Origin: a virus
Length of the DNA: 64,000 nucleotides
IMG/VR virus record: IMGVR_UViG_3300017605_000140
Coordinates: 32,001 to 96,000 of that record
Reading direction: 5' to 3' (one strand)
A program made the translations under genes and the position numbers. Shown here piece after piece: positions 1 to 10,026 of the stretch. The notes under the pieces are model-generated. The model saw only the letters and a program-made list of their open reading frames with translations, was not told the DNA's origin and did not search any database. The number at the start of each line of letters is the position of its first letter. Position 1 is the first letter of the stretch.

Positions 1-136
1 GTTCCCAGCTACGGTAGTAGCTGATCTCCAGAGTGTCATCCAACAATGTAACAGACATGTCTGACACTGGCTCAGGCACTGTTAGCTCCGGTCCGGGCTT
101 GGCAGGCTCTTCCGTTACTACCTTACGTGTTGCCAC
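1..136 (-). CDS. hypothetical protein, 5' part (runs off the window)
   Basis: GTG at 136 with AGGAG RBS; open frame VATRKVVTEEPAKP... to the window edge. Confidence 0.55.
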   Translation of the reverse strand, partial: MATRKVVTEEPAKPGPELTVPEPVSDMSVTLLDDTLEISYYRSWE

Positions 137-569
137 GGTTCTCCTTTATTATCTGTTTGAATAGCTCAACAGCTCTTTCGGAAAATTTAGTATCCGACAG
201 CCGTATGCCCTTGTCCGGCCATAGTACACCCTCTTGGCATGCTATGGCAACCAGCCCCTCCACCATGCCTCTGGTGTACATCCTGCGTCTGCCATTAGGA
301 GACGAAGATGGCTTGATGTAGGGAGACTTAGGAAGTATAGCTTCTCGCTCCCAAGCTCGCAAGGTGTTGGGACTTCTATTCCCCAGTGCCTTCCCTAATT
401 GACCTATGGAAAAGAACTCCACATCCTTACCATTCATATGGAATATGTGAGGCTTACTATCCCAGTCTTCGATAGCTTTTTCCTGGATCTGACGGACCTG
501 CTCAAACATAAGAGGAGTATTAGATCCAGGAAAAACCTTCGCTAATTGTTCTTGCCAGGTACTAACCAT
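123..569 (-). CDS. MerR-like helix-turn-helix DNA-binding protein
   Basis: FSIGQLGKALGNRSPNTLRAWERE...P...NGRRRMYT matches the MerR HTH pattern. Confidence 0.7.
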   Translation of the reverse strand: MVSTWQEQLAKVFPGSNTPLMFEQVRQIQEKAIEDWDSKPHIFHMNGKDVEFFSIGQLGKALGNRSPNTLRAWEREAILPKSPYIKPSSSPNGRRRMYTRGMVEGLVAIACQEGVLWPDKGIRLSDTKFSERAVELFKQIIKENRGNT

Positions 570-747
570 CTACATCCCTGATATCGTCAATATATGTAGT
601 GCCAAATAGATGATCAGATAGCTTGAGTTCCATCATACTATAAAAATCTTCCCATGAATCCTCTCGCATAGCTGCCGCGTATTGCTCATCATTAAGATCT
701 ATTACTAGGGAGGAAGGATGATCAAAAGTTATTCTCACCTTATGCAT
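562..747 (-). CDS. hypothetical protein
   Basis: tightly packed ORF; ATG overlaps the upstream TGA. Confidence 0.55.
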   Translation of the reverse strand: MHKVRITFDHPSSLVIDLNDEQYAAAMREDSWEDFYSMMELKLSDHLFGTTYIDDIRDVDG

Positions 748-1223
748 CAGTACCCGCAATCATACTCGAACTGCACAACACGTTCAGGGGTAACAACAAT
801 CTTAGTATCGTTACCGAATACCGAACGAACAGCGTCCTCAAATCGTTCGGCATCGACAGGAACACTGATGTCCTTCATCTGATTACCATCAGGGTGATCA
901 CCCCAGGATTCGTAATCATACTCATCATAATATGAATCTAGCTTACCTGGATAAGCGTCTTCCATATCTGGTTCAGTATCGTCAAGCCAAGCTTCCGCAA
1001 CATGTGTATTCGATGTTACTTTAGCGCCACTGACAGTGAACTCACAAGGTTCACCATCATTATAGCCAGGAGTATAGTGCTCCCACATTACTGCGGTTAC
1101 TCCCTGATCAAAAGCCGCCTTAAAGTAAGGATACAAATCCTCAATTGGCTTCTGTTCAGCACGAGACCAAGTACCGTAGTTACCTTCTACAGGAATACCC
1201 ATAAACTCAGACTTATCAGACAT
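747..1223 (-). CDS. conserved acidic phage hypothetical protein
   Basis: ATG at 1223 with GGAG RBS; W.HYTPGYNDGEPCEF motif. Confidence 0.7.
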   Translation of the reverse strand: MSDKSEFMGIPVEGNYGTWSRAEQKPIEDLYPYFKAAFDQGVTAVMWEHYTPGYNDGEPCEFTVSGAKVTSNTHVAEAWLDDTEPDMEDAYPGKLDSYYDEYDYESWGDHPDGNQMKDISVPVDAERFEDAVRSVFGNDTKIVVTPERVVQFEYDCGY

Positions 1224-1620
1224 TGCTCTCCTTTTTACTAAAAATTTCATTGAAGTTACCGACTTCCTTACGAACAGACCCGCTCATCCAACGCGTTGAG
1301 TCGCTGTCAAAAGGAATGTTCTTAAGGTAATGCTCAGGACTGGGAAGAAATCCCAGGTCTTCTACAATATGGCGTTCCGCGATAAGACGTACCGGCACCT
1401 GAATTATCTTTGTACTCTTTTTAATGGGTATAGTCTTGCCAAATAGATCCTCACACAAATAAACTCCAAGAGTGTGATGATAGATAGCGCGGTGGCGGAA
1501 GTCTCCAAAAGTCTTCTTCGAGCTATCTATAAACTCTTCAATTGGGAGATAGTCTTCCGGTTCGCCTCCCCATTTATGAGAAGCCGAAACTGCGTGATAC
1601 CACGAGTTAATTAGTCTCAC
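1216..1620 (-). CDS. DUF6915-like His-rich protein
   Basis: HA.S...KWGG.PEDY..I..F.D.SK......RHRA..HH..G motif; GTG start with GAGGA RBS. Confidence 0.65.
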   Translation of the reverse strand: MRLINSWYHAVSASHKWGGEPEDYLPIEEFIDSSKKTFGDFRHRAIYHHTLGVYLCEDLFGKTIPIKKSTKIIQVPVRLIAERHIVEDLGFLPSPEHYLKNIPFDSDSTRWMSGSVRKEVGNFNEIFSKKESNV

Positions 1621-1759
1621 CCCAATATTCCTCTTCAACCCCAACTAACTCGACTAGATGAAGAGACACAAATCTAGTACCAACCTCAAAAGAATCACTC
1701 TCCAGTAGTTCTACTACTTCATATGGTTGGCCGTCAAGAATAAGAAAACCTCTACTCAT
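1607..1759 (-). CDS. small hypothetical protein (50 aa, not in ORF track)
   Basis: MSRGFLILDGQPYEVVELL...; ATGA overlap with the upstream gene, fills the gap. Confidence 0.45.
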   Translation of the reverse strand: MSRGFLILDGQPYEVVELLESDSFEVGTRFVSLHLVELVGVEEEYWGETN

Positions 1760-1956
1760 GACCACTCATTCTTTTCTCCCATAAATATGTCATGCTGGCT
1801 GGAAGCCCACTCATAAAGCTTTTCAGTAAATTCCCAGTCAACTAGTTCACTGTCAATATCCGCAATAAACTGTATAAGCTGATCGTAATTCAACGCTTTG
1901 GATAAAGTAAATGCTAGTTCTTCAGTATCTACTGTCAAACCCAGGTTAAGATCCAT
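1756..1956 (-). CDS. hypothetical protein
   Basis: packed ORF in operon. Confidence 0.6.
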   Translation of the reverse strand: MDLNLGLTVDTEELAFTLSKALNYDQLIQFIADIDSELVDWEFTEKLYEWASSQHDIFMGEKNEWS

Positions 1957-2230
1957 CTACAGGAAACCATTCCTCTCGGATAACTTCACGCTTCTCTACC
2001 ATAAAGGCTTTCATAGGATCATTAATCCAACGGTCTTGACCTTCCTGCATTTCAGAAGCAGGGTCCATATAGTTTACTTGCCAGTGTGTTCCGTCTTCTG
2101 CCTCAAATACCAGTTCACGGATTGTATACCAGCGATGCTCATCCCCTTCTGTATTAGAAATTGCACCGTAAGGAAGGTCATAAACCTCTTCCAGGTCTTC
2201 TACTGAAAAATTTCTGTATATTAGTTCCAT
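1946..2230 (-). CDS. hypothetical protein
   Basis: packed ORF with HRW...E.VF motif. Confidence 0.65.
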   Translation of the reverse strand: MELIYRNFSVEDLEEVYDLPYGAISNTEGDEHRWYTIRELVFEAEDGTHWQVNYMDPASEMQEGQDRWINDPMKAFMVEKREVIREEWFPVDGS

Positions 2231-2418
2231 TTATTTTCCCAACGCTCTAATGCTTCCATTGCTGTAAGATCAGGAACTATCTGGTTGCTGTACTCCCCTG
2301 TTGTAGCATTAGCCATTACTCGTATAGCACACCAGTAAACCACTGCTACAGGAAGTCTCCAAACTAATTTCATCAACCATAGTTGTTTTAATTCACTTAG
2401 CTTATACTTCAATGTCAC
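2221..2418 (-). CDS. hypothetical protein
   Basis: packed ORF with GGGAG RBS. Confidence 0.6.
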   Translation of the reverse strand: MTLKYKLSELKQLWLMKLVWRLPVAVVYWCAIRVMANATTGEYSNQIVPDLTAMEALERWENKWN

Positions 2419-2482
2419 TCCCTAGTGGGATTGTCGTTAATAAACCACCACCGTTCCCAGAAATGGGAACGATAGAAGCGTA

Positions 2483-2779
2483 TTAGTGACGATGAGTACG
2501 ACAGGTCTTACGAGTAGTAATAGTGGTCTTCTTTACAGTCTTCTTACCATTCTTGTGATGCGTAACGGTCGTAGTGTGTTGCACATGAGTAACTGTACCA
2601 CTGTAACGGCTACGGTGGCTACGGTAATAATCATCAGTAACTACTACATAGCTGTGTGTATGCGTGTCATACACCCTGTCATAGGCAGTGGTGCTATGGG
2701 TAGGACCACAAGCAGTAAGAGCGGAAACACTCATAACCGCACCAACAACAGCACCTGTAATTGACTTCTTGAAATTCAT
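2483..2779 (-). CDS. putative lipoprotein, His/Thr/Lys-rich
   Basis: MNFKKS, hydrophobic stretch, then lipobox LTAC; AGGAGG RBS. Confidence 0.7.
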   Translation of the reverse strand: MNFKKSITGAVVGAVMSVSALTACGPTHSTTAYDRVYDTHTHSYVVVTDDYYRSHRSRYSGTVTHVQHTTTVTHHKNGKKTVKKTTITTRKTCRTHRH

Positions 2780-2971
2780 TGTTTCCTCCTTGTTAAATAC
2801 TGATATCTTCCATAATCTGTATATCAGGATCATCTGTACTGTCTTGCATTAACCAGCCTATATTCAGACTGATCTGGCCATCAATTTCTTTAGCGTACAC
2901 AGCATAATTATCATTTTTTGCTTGCTCAAACAACTGTCTGAAACATTCCACATATTCAGAAATATCCACTA

Positions 2972-3400
2972 CTATTCCTTAACTGGTGAGAACGCCCAAG
3001 TTACCGTAGTATCGTAGAAGCTGTCAAGTTCTTCTTGTTCCAGTTCCTCGTTGACGAACAAGTCCCACAGTACATCCTGATCAACGTGTTGTACAGTCAC
3101 AACCAGTCGTTCAAGCTCACGCTCTGAGAGTGTTAGGTAAGCCCAGTCCTTGACGCGCTCTTCGTTGAGTACCTTACTCTCCTTGCGTGTCTTCTGCAAA
3201 CTGGAGTACCGCTGTCCGTGAACCTCCAGCGGCTCTTCGAATGCTAGCACATGAGAGCCACGGGCGTTAGTATCCGCCTTCTGTAGATATGGATCTAGTT
3301 CTTTCTTCAAACTATCCTGTAAAGTCTTACGATCTTCAATTTCTTTCTTCAATAAAAGATATTGTGCAACTTTATTTTTTACGACCATATCAGACTGCAT
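2972..3400 (-). CDS. hypothetical protein (coiled-coil N terminus)
   Basis: 142-aa packed ORF. Confidence 0.65.
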   Translation of the reverse strand: MQSDMVVKNKVAQYLLLKKEIEDRKTLQDSLKKELDPYLQKADTNARGSHVLAFEEPLEVHGQRYSSLQKTRKESKVLNEERVKDWAYLTLSERELERLVVTVQHVDQDVLWDLFVNEELEQEELDSFYDTTVTWAFSPVKE

Positions 3401-3944
3401 ACTTGATAGCCTCTACTTTGAAATCATAAGAACCTGTACGAATTTGCTTATCAACGTACTTCGCAAGATTATCCGCATCATCGAACTTAATAACCGCACT
3501 ATCAGTAACTACCCGGAAATGATGATCGGGACGAATTCGGAAATAAGTAGGTTCTGTTATCTCTGTGGGAGTTATATAAATAATACTCTTCCAAGAATCG
3601 TCATAACCCGCACGACGTATTTGAACAGTTCTACTATTGAGATAAGTAATAAGATCCATCTTTTGTGGTATAGCACGAATTGTCGCAACACCGTATGCTT
3701 CCACGTTATGTGAAACTTTAGCCATAGCTTCTGACAAATCAGTAAACCGGGGATTTTCCAAGGTACTGCCAGTAACTTCATACGCAATAACAGGCTTTAA
3801 ACGAAACTGAGTATAGGAAGGAAAAAGAACTCCGTCAGTTTCTGCTACATATTCCCATTCTCCATATAATATGTCATCATCACCGTAACTAGGAAATTCT
3901 GCTTTGCGCTCACGAAATTGTACGCCCTCAAGTGCGTTTATCAT
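3390..3944 (-). CDS. hypothetical protein
   Basis: 184-aa ORF overlapping both neighbours. Confidence 0.65.
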   Translation of the reverse strand: MINALEGVQFRERKAEFPSYGDDDILYGEWEYVAETDGVLFPSYTQFRLKPVIAYEVTGSTLENPRFTDLSEAMAKVSHNVEAYGVATIRAIPQKMDLITYLNSRTVQIRRAGYDDSWKSIIYITPTEITEPTYFRIRPDHHFRVVTDSAVIKFDDADNLAKYVDKQIRTGSYDFKVEAIKYAV

Positions 3945-5509
3945 ATGTTCTCCAAATAGTTCTCAAGAAATTTAGTAAGACTTACAGCGGTATTCTCTAC
4001 TCTACCATGAGGGTCTGACACTCCAGTCAGAACAGCGTTAGATACTCTGGACTTGTATTCGAGTCTTGAGAGCTGGTATTCTTCAATACTTTTAGCAACA
4101 ATGAGATTGTCGATAAAGACTTTCCGGAAAGCAGATGAAGCTCGTACATGCCGTCCGTTCCGCTGTTTAAATGCTCCGGAAGATTGGGGTAGATCATAGT
4201 TAATGAGGTGGCTAGCAATCCACAAATCCACTCCATATCCTCCAGCGTCTGAGGAGAGGAAAAGTCTAGTGTCAGCTTCATTTGTAAATCGGGAGATTGC
4301 CTCTCCTCGTTGTTGTCCATTCATATCTCCAGTAAATAGTACAGAACCGTACTCGGACAGCCGGTCTTGCAGTAAAGGTAGCACACCTTTGAAGCGGGCG
4401 AACACTATGATCTTGTGCCTTGGATCTGCTTCCAGATATTCTCTGACCAACTCCGTACATGCTGTCAGTTTGGCCCCGTGAGTGCCCCTAGCTGGCAACC
4501 TACCGGCTTGCCAGAGCTGGTTGGCATACCTGCTACCTCTAGGGTCTGTGGGGTCCTCATACGCCCGTGCAGAGGCTTCTAAAAGGGACGGATCATCAAG
4601 TAGTAGCTGAAGAGCTAACAGTCTTCCTCCCACTTCTCCAAGACTATTGTTACCGCTATCTGCCCTTCTTCCCGAATAGTACGATTCAATATCTTGAACT
4701 GTTCCTGGTCCATGGGTACTGAGAGCCGATAGGAGTTCTCGGACAATTCCTCTATATACCACTGCGGTTTCATCATCCATCTCCACATAGCAATTGTATT
4801 CTTCAACAGTAGGCATGAATTCTGCTACATCTGGATCTGTTCTCCTCTTGGATATACAGGCATCCATTAGCTTAGTATGCAGTTCTGGCATATTCTTATA
4901 TCCTGTGATGATGTTATAAGAATTACGATTAATATAACTCGCTTCAAATTCCTGCCAGCTACCTAATACTGTGTCATCTATCCATTGCATGATAGAGAAT
5001 AGTTCCTCTGCTCTGCCGTTCTCTACTGGTTCCGCAGTTAATCCCACACGGTAACGGGACTTTAACTTTTTAATCGCCTTGGTCTGCTGAGTACCGAAGT
5101 TCTTTATGCTCGTTACTTCGTCCACAAGGACAAGATCCGGATTCAGCTTTTTTATAAACGCCAAATCCGAGACTACTTGGCGTAATCCCATAACTAGATA
5201 ATCGGGTGGGTTGAGCAAGGTTTGTTCGTAAATACTCAAGCGTTTCTTCGGTGAGATAGATCCGTCCACTACTATTACAGATGAATCCGTAAACTGATGG
5301 ATTCTCTCCTCCCATTGTTTGGTCAGACTCGAACTCATTATCAGTAAAGCGCACCTTAGTTTTCCCGCCTCTCTCAGTTCTTCTATTGCTGCTATGGATA
5401 CTACCGTCTTTCCTGTTCCCAAGTCCAACGCAAGCAAGGCCCTCTCACGTTGTGTGATGAGGGCCTTTGCCTGTTCCTGGTACTCTCTTAATTCTCCGGT
5501 AAAAGTCAT
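3941..5509 (-). CDS. SNF2-family superfamily-2 helicase
   Basis: LREYQ Q-motif, DLGTGKT Walker A, LVDEV Walker B, LTAEP, GGYGVDL and QRNGRHVR motif VI. Confidence 0.92.
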   Translation of the reverse strand: MTFTGELREYQEQAKALITQRERALLALDLGTGKTVVSIAAIEELREAGKLRCALLIMSSSLTKQWEERIHQFTDSSVIVVDGSISPKKRLSIYEQTLLNPPDYLVMGLRQVVSDLAFIKKLNPDLVLVDEVTSIKNFGTQQTKAIKKLKSRYRVGLTAEPVENGRAEELFSIMQWIDDTVLGSWQEFEASYINRNSYNIITGYKNMPELHTKLMDACISKRRTDPDVAEFMPTVEEYNCYVEMDDETAVVYRGIVRELLSALSTHGPGTVQDIESYYSGRRADSGNNSLGEVGGRLLALQLLLDDPSLLEASARAYEDPTDPRGSRYANQLWQAGRLPARGTHGAKLTACTELVREYLEADPRHKIIVFARFKGVLPLLQDRLSEYGSVLFTGDMNGQQRGEAISRFTNEADTRLFLSSDAGGYGVDLWIASHLINYDLPQSSGAFKQRNGRHVRASSAFRKVFIDNLIVAKSIEEYQLSRLEYKSRVSNAVLTGVSDPHGRVENTAVSLTKFLENYLENI

Positions 5510-6495
5510 AAACGAAACGATAGCATATTTTTTGATGTTTGAAAAGCTTTATGGATATCTTTGTCAGTTACGCCCTCAGTACCTAAATCCTTAGCCCAAG
5601 GTATATGAGAATAATCTACAAACTTTATTCTACGACCACTCCTCAGATATCGATTTCTAAGGTCCCACATTTTAGCTCTGCCGACTTCATCATTGTCAAG
5701 TGCAAAGATAATTGTCTCTGCCACATCAAACAATAAATCCAATTGAGCCTCAGACACATTGACACCAAAAGAGGAAAGCCCACCGTATACTCCCGCACTA
5801 TACAGTCGTAAGCAGTCCAGAGGACTTTCCAGAAGTATTGCTGTAGTACCCTCAAAAACATCTATACCGAAAAGAGTATCTGATTTCTTTACCCGGAGAG
5901 GTTTATTACTGAACCATCCTGATCCTTTTTCCTGGAACCCCCATAGCTCCCCTGTATAAGGGGAGCGTATGGGAAGAATCCAGTTGTTATGATCAGAATC
6001 CCACAGGACTCCGTAATGGTCTACAGCTCCCGAAGAAACTCGTCGTCCGTCCAACGCGGAATCTGGCGGATCAGAGAAGAGCGCCAATCTAGCTTCATTC
6101 CAGGGTTGTACCCGCGAGTCTCCTTCGAGATGTGAAGTCCTCCGCGAGGAATCAGCCAGAATTCGTCGTAATCGGGAGACTCCACCACGACCACGTACCC
6201 ATTGTTCTGCATCATGTCGATCATAACCTTTTATCTCCTGAACTAGATAAACGAATGAACCTGAAAAACCACAACTGAAACAACTGTGCTGGCCAGTCTC
6301 TAGATTTACCGACCATTTATTCGGACGATAATTAACTCTGCCAAGTCTGGAGAAATGACCAGGACATACAGCCCAGACTTCTCCGTCAGAAATTCTGGCA
6401 GCCTCAATTCCCAGATCTTCCAGGCAACTCCGCACATCCGAAGGTATCGGTGTGCCAGACCAGCCTTTAGAAAAGGTTCTCGAAGCCCCCACCAT
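5506..6495 (-). CDS. DNA primase (zinc finger + TOPRIM)
   Basis: CPGH...CFSC zinc finger, ESPLD and ALDNDEVG TOPRIM motifs, KDLG. Confidence 0.9.
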   Translation of the reverse strand: MVGASRTFSKGWSGTPIPSDVRSCLEDLGIEAARISDGEVWAVCPGHFSRLGRVNYRPNKWSVNLETGQHSCFSCGFSGSFVYLVQEIKGYDRHDAEQWVRGRGGVSRLRRILADSSRRTSHLEGDSRVQPWNEARLALFSDPPDSALDGRRVSSGAVDHYGVLWDSDHNNWILPIRSPYTGELWGFQEKGSGWFSNKPLRVKKSDTLFGIDVFEGTTAILLESPLDCLRLYSAGVYGGLSSFGVNVSEAQLDLLFDVAETIIFALDNDEVGRAKMWDLRNRYLRSGRRIKFVDYSHIPWAKDLGTEGVTDKDIHKAFQTSKNMLSFRL

Positions 6496-7744
6496 CTGTC
6501 AGCTCCTTGTCTTCATCATCCAAATCAAATCCCTCCAGCTCCACGAACTGTCCGGTGTCGTAGTCAAACAGTAGCACAACAGAACATGGCGCACAAGAAC
6601 GGGAAAGAAGAATCTTAAGCTGCCGCATCTTATTGTCATCAGTTCTCTCAATACCGATTACTGTATTAGAATACTGAACGAATGCCCGGCTTCCCATAAT
6701 AGAATCATTGTTAAGTGTCTCTCCCTTGGTACGTGCGGGAGTGGACTGAGTAACCGCTACAACACATATACTACGCCGCATAGCCAGGAACTTCAAGCCC
6801 GCTACGATGTTGGCAAGTGCCATGGGACTTCCCCTGTCAGCACCGTTCTCGTCATCCATCATATACACGCCGTCAACAATTACAACATCCGGCTTTACCA
6901 TATCTATCTTCGCACCAATTGCTGTGACTGTCATACAGTCCTCAGAAATGGTCATAGGTGGAAGATTCTCTGTTATATGTACTGCTTCCTTGATCTTTTT
7001 CCAGTCATCATCATCGATATTTCCACTGTTCAGCAGATTATCATTAAGTCCCGCACGATAAGCATCAAGTCTGCGTTCCTGCTCTTCTACTGTCTGTTCG
7101 TACGTAAGGTACAGTACGCGATATCCGCTCTCCTGTATAGTCATGCCGACTCGCATAGCGAGAGTGGATTTACTTGCCTTGGCCAATCCTGTGATAGTTA
7201 CAAGCTGCCCGCGCTGAAGTCCCTGTGTGGCTCTGTCAATCGTTGGAAAACCTGTAGGGACACCTACTAGGGTACCCGGGTTGTTACGCCGTTCTAGGTA
7301 CCTTTCAAGCCTCTCATCACCGTTCTTTGAGACATCCACATCCCGGCTGTTGGGGATAGCAGTGTGTACCTTGGATACAGTAACGCCTAGAAAATTTACT
7401 GCGGAGTCTATATCACCTTCTTCAAAAGCCTTATTGAACTTATCAAGGTTCTCTGCAAGGACTCCCTCGATATACTGACGCTCAATACGCTTTATAATAT
7501 CCTGCCAAGGCTCCTCGACCTGAATAAGGGCGACGGGCCTATTGTCATAGGTATAATCAGCATTGAATACTCGGTGTGTCGGTACTGAACCTATTTCTGA
7601 GTAGTAATTTCTAATATACTCATAAGCTTGGCGATACTTAGGATCATTCAGGAAATATGGAGGAATATCAGCAACCTCAGTTAAACTGTTTTCCTGAATA
7701 ATTTTGGATACAAATAGCTTCTCTGCGTTAAATGTGGTTGCCAA
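6467..7744 (-). CDS. DnaB-like replicative helicase
   Basis: VPTGFPTIDRATQGLQRGQLVTITG...KST, VIVDG, VVAVTQ. Confidence 0.9.
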   Translation of the reverse strand: MATTFNAEKLFVSKIIQENSLTEVADIPPYFLNDPKYRQAYEYIRNYYSEIGSVPTHRVFNADYTYDNRPVALIQVEEPWQDIIKRIERQYIEGVLAENLDKFNKAFEEGDIDSAVNFLGVTVSKVHTAIPNSRDVDVSKNGDERLERYLERRNNPGTLVGVPTGFPTIDRATQGLQRGQLVTITGLAKASKSTLAMRVGMTIQESGYRVLYLTYEQTVEEQERRLDAYRAGLNDNLLNSGNIDDDDWKKIKEAVHITENLPPMTISEDCMTVTAIGAKIDMVKPDVVIVDGVYMMDDENGADRGSPMALANIVAGLKFLAMRRSICVVAVTQSTPARTKGETLNNDSIMGSRAFVQYSNTVIGIERTDDNKMRQLKILLSRSCAPCSVVLLFDYDTGQFVELEGFDLDDEDKELTDGGGFENLF

Positions 7745-7752
7745 AATACCTC

Positions 7753-8205
7753 CTAGGTCAGAATACTCATTAAGTTCAATTGGTCGCTACTAACGTACCG
7801 TCCTTTGCTGCCCCACAGTAGCATGTGTGCGGGGTCAGGGTCCATTACGGCAATAATAGCTGGATCATACGTAAGATCTGCCAGCAAAGATTCGATGTCA
7901 TAATACACAACATCCCCGAATAAAAGATTACGGCTGTCAAGTTTATTACGTACAGCAGAAACAAAACCGGGATCTATGAACGTCACCACATCTATTCTAA
8001 AATGCTGGCGCCAGTATAGATCCCGGATTCCCTGCGAAGTATTGATATTCAATTGGTAATAATCTGCTGCCTGTTCCCATTTCTTCCTTTTTCGCGCCAA
8101 TTGTTCCGCGATCCGGCTTTTAGTATCAGGCAGCAGACCTATTAAATTCTCAAACACAATCAATACTCTAGGCAGAACTTCGTTCGATAATTCACCACGT
8201 CTCAA
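7753..8205 (-). CDS. conserved hypothetical protein (possibly HAD-like fold)
   Basis: 150-aa ORF upstream of the helicase. Confidence 0.6.
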   Translation of the reverse strand: MRRGELSNEVLPRVLIVFENLIGLLPDTKSRIAEQLARKRKKWEQAADYYQLNINTSQGIRDLYWRQHFRIDVVTFIDPGFVSAVRNKLDSRNLLFGDVVYYDIESLLADLTYDPAIIAVMDPDPAHMLLWGSKGRYVSSDQLNLMSILT

Positions 8206-8383
8206 AAGGATCTTCTCCGTCTGGTGAATCCAGAAGCTGTGCAGAAAATTCTCCTACCATCGCATCTATCATTTCAGGGTCCAAAAGATCAAAAGGCAGA
8301 TCATCGAAAACAGCCCGTATCTCCTCTTCCAACTCTGGGTCCCAACCGTCTTCAAATGGATCAGGCATTGGTGCTGTGCTCAT
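8192..8383 (-). CDS. small very acidic protein
   Basis: Asp/Glu-rich 63-aa packed ORF. Confidence 0.55.
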   Translation of the reverse strand: MSTAPMPDPFEDGWDPELEEEIRAVFDDLPFDLLDPEMIDAMVGEFSAQLLDSPDGEDPFETW

Positions 8384-8384
8384 A

Positions 8385-8726
8385 TTAATTCCTCTGAATA
8401 TCCTCGTAAGTTACTTCGCAGTGCCCACAGCATCCATGTACACCTGTGCCAAGAGCGCCCTGACTTGAGTAGTAGGCTACACTATCCGGATCGCTGTGTC
8501 CAATACCGCACTCGCAGAATCTTTCAGCAAATCCATGCGGTTTGATACTGAGCGGACTTCCATGCCGAAGTACCAATGGGGCGTCCTTCAGAGGATGATC
8601 GGAGGGATTATGAATAGCACAATAGCTATCCGCACAAGCGGAAGCCTTATGAACCTTCCACACTTCACCGGAATCATCAGTGAATCGATCATATGACCAA
8701 CTCTTATTACTGAGCAATTTACTCAT
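8385..8726 (-). CDS. Cys/His-rich putative metal-binding protein
   Basis: H...C....CAIHNPSDH...ERFCECGIGHSDPD...HGCCGHC. Confidence 0.7.
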   Translation of the reverse strand: MSKLLSNKSWSYDRFTDDSGEVWKVHKASACADSYCAIHNPSDHPLKDAPLVLRHGSPLSIKPHGFAERFCECGIGHSDPDSVAYYSSQGALGTGVHGCCGHCEVTYEDIQRN

Positions 8727-8914
8727 GCTAGGGAAGTTTCTACTAGTACTTGGTTACCTGCGTCTACATTGATTACTCGGTGTGCTTTACCCAATTTCTT
8801 AGTACGTTCCCGAGCCTCACGAGAAGCTTTACTCTTTGTGGTCCAATCTACATCCTTCCAGCGACCCGAGTCAAAAATCTGGAGCATGTAACGATCATCT
8901 TTTTGATGAGTCAT
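8723..8914 (-). CDS. hypothetical protein (paralogue of 10362..10538)
   Basis: D.Y.LQ...W.DV...GK.HR..N pattern shared with 10362..10538. Confidence 0.6.
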   Translation of the reverse strand: MTHQKDDRYMLQIFDSGRWKDVDWTTKSKASREARERTKKLGKAHRVINVDAGNQVLVETSLA

Positions 8915-9856
8915 CTAAAACGAACCTTCCGCTACCTGTAGTACCGGAATTCCCAGCTTACGCCAGCGACGCACCACCCTGTCTCTGTCATCAAGTACAA
9001 ATTCAACATTGTATTCGTCTCGAATATACGTGTCGAAAAGAAACTGCTTTACATCTGCATCATTGTCTTGCAGCATATCCGCAGGCCGCATAAAGAGCTT
9101 ATCGAAAGGAATCATATTGTCATTAAGCCAAAATAGCGTATCCTTTCGTACATTATCAACATCCGGACGCCCACTTGTGATGAGAATATAATAATCCATT
9201 CGGTCATACGCACGAACTAACCGGGCAATGTGCTCATGCACACCATCCGTCTTGACTCGGGTGTAATCGTAAGGACTCCGGGCGGTATGCTCAGACAGTG
9301 TACCATCAATATCCACAATAAGTGCCTTGGGACGTAACTCACTGGTGCTGTAGGGTTCTGACAGGCTAATGTCATTCATCCACTCCTCAGTGAGCTTCCA
9401 CTTGGAATTCTTCATACGGCTTGCCATACTCTCAATAACAGCGGGCCCGACTGAAGCTCTTCCCGCATTCCTGCGAAGCACATCACGAGCTATGCAAGTC
9501 TGAGCAGAAATATAACTGAAATCCTTAACACGAAAAGTTACATCTCCGTCAAACAGACGCTTAATCCGCTTTGGCATCTTCTGATCAATATGCGTATTGT
9601 CCACAATGACATTATGACCACCCTTAACAGCAGCCAGAATGGCGTTGTCCTGGACAATGAGCGCAGACTCTTCAAGTTCCTTGGTCCAAGCCATAGGACC
9701 ATCGTAACCAAAGCCCAGCATATTCCTAATGTCATCCATATTCACTCGTACAAACAGCGGTAAAGTCGTAGTCTTCGTAGAAAGTAAAATCATTTCCTTG
9801 GCCCAAGTACTCTTGCCACTAGCAGGCAGACCGTAAGTCAGCCAGATCTCAGTCAT
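8915..9856 (-). CDS. polynucleotide 5'-kinase/3'-phosphatase (T4 PseT-like)
   Basis: N-terminal GLPASGKS P-loop; C-terminal HAD motifs DIDGT, SGR, LDDR. Confidence 0.92.
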   Translation of the reverse strand: MTEIWLTYGLPASGKSTWAKEMILLSTKTTTLPLFVRVNMDDIRNMLGFGYDGPMAWTKELEESALIVQDNAILAAVKGGHNVIVDNTHIDQKMPKRIKRLFDGDVTFRVKDFSYISAQTCIARDVLRRNAGRASVGPAVIESMASRMKNSKWKLTEEWMNDISLSEPYSTSELRPKALIVDIDGTLSEHTARSPYDYTRVKTDGVHEHIARLVRAYDRMDYYILITSGRPDVDNVRKDTLFWLNDNMIPFDKLFMRPADMLQDNDADVKQFLFDTYIRDEYNVEFVLDDRDRVVRRWRKLGIPVLQVAEGSF

Positions 9857-9999
9857 TTCTTCATCCTTTCAATGGCATAAATTATGGAATCCCCAATATA
9901 CGTAGAGAAAAGGGAACCCAAAGGGTTAGGATCAGGAAAATCTTCCGTAATCATTACAATGATATTTTCTAGTATTGAATTATATTCTTCGTTGGTCAT
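9853..9999 (-). CDS. small hypothetical protein (not in ORF track)
   Basis: MTNEEYNSILENII...; GAGGGA RBS; ATGA overlap. Confidence 0.4.
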   Translation of the reverse strand: MTNEEYNSILENIIVMITEDFPDPNPLGSLFSTYIGDSIIYAIERMKK

Positions 10000-10026
10000 T
10001 AAGTATCTCCCTCTAAAAAATAGTTA

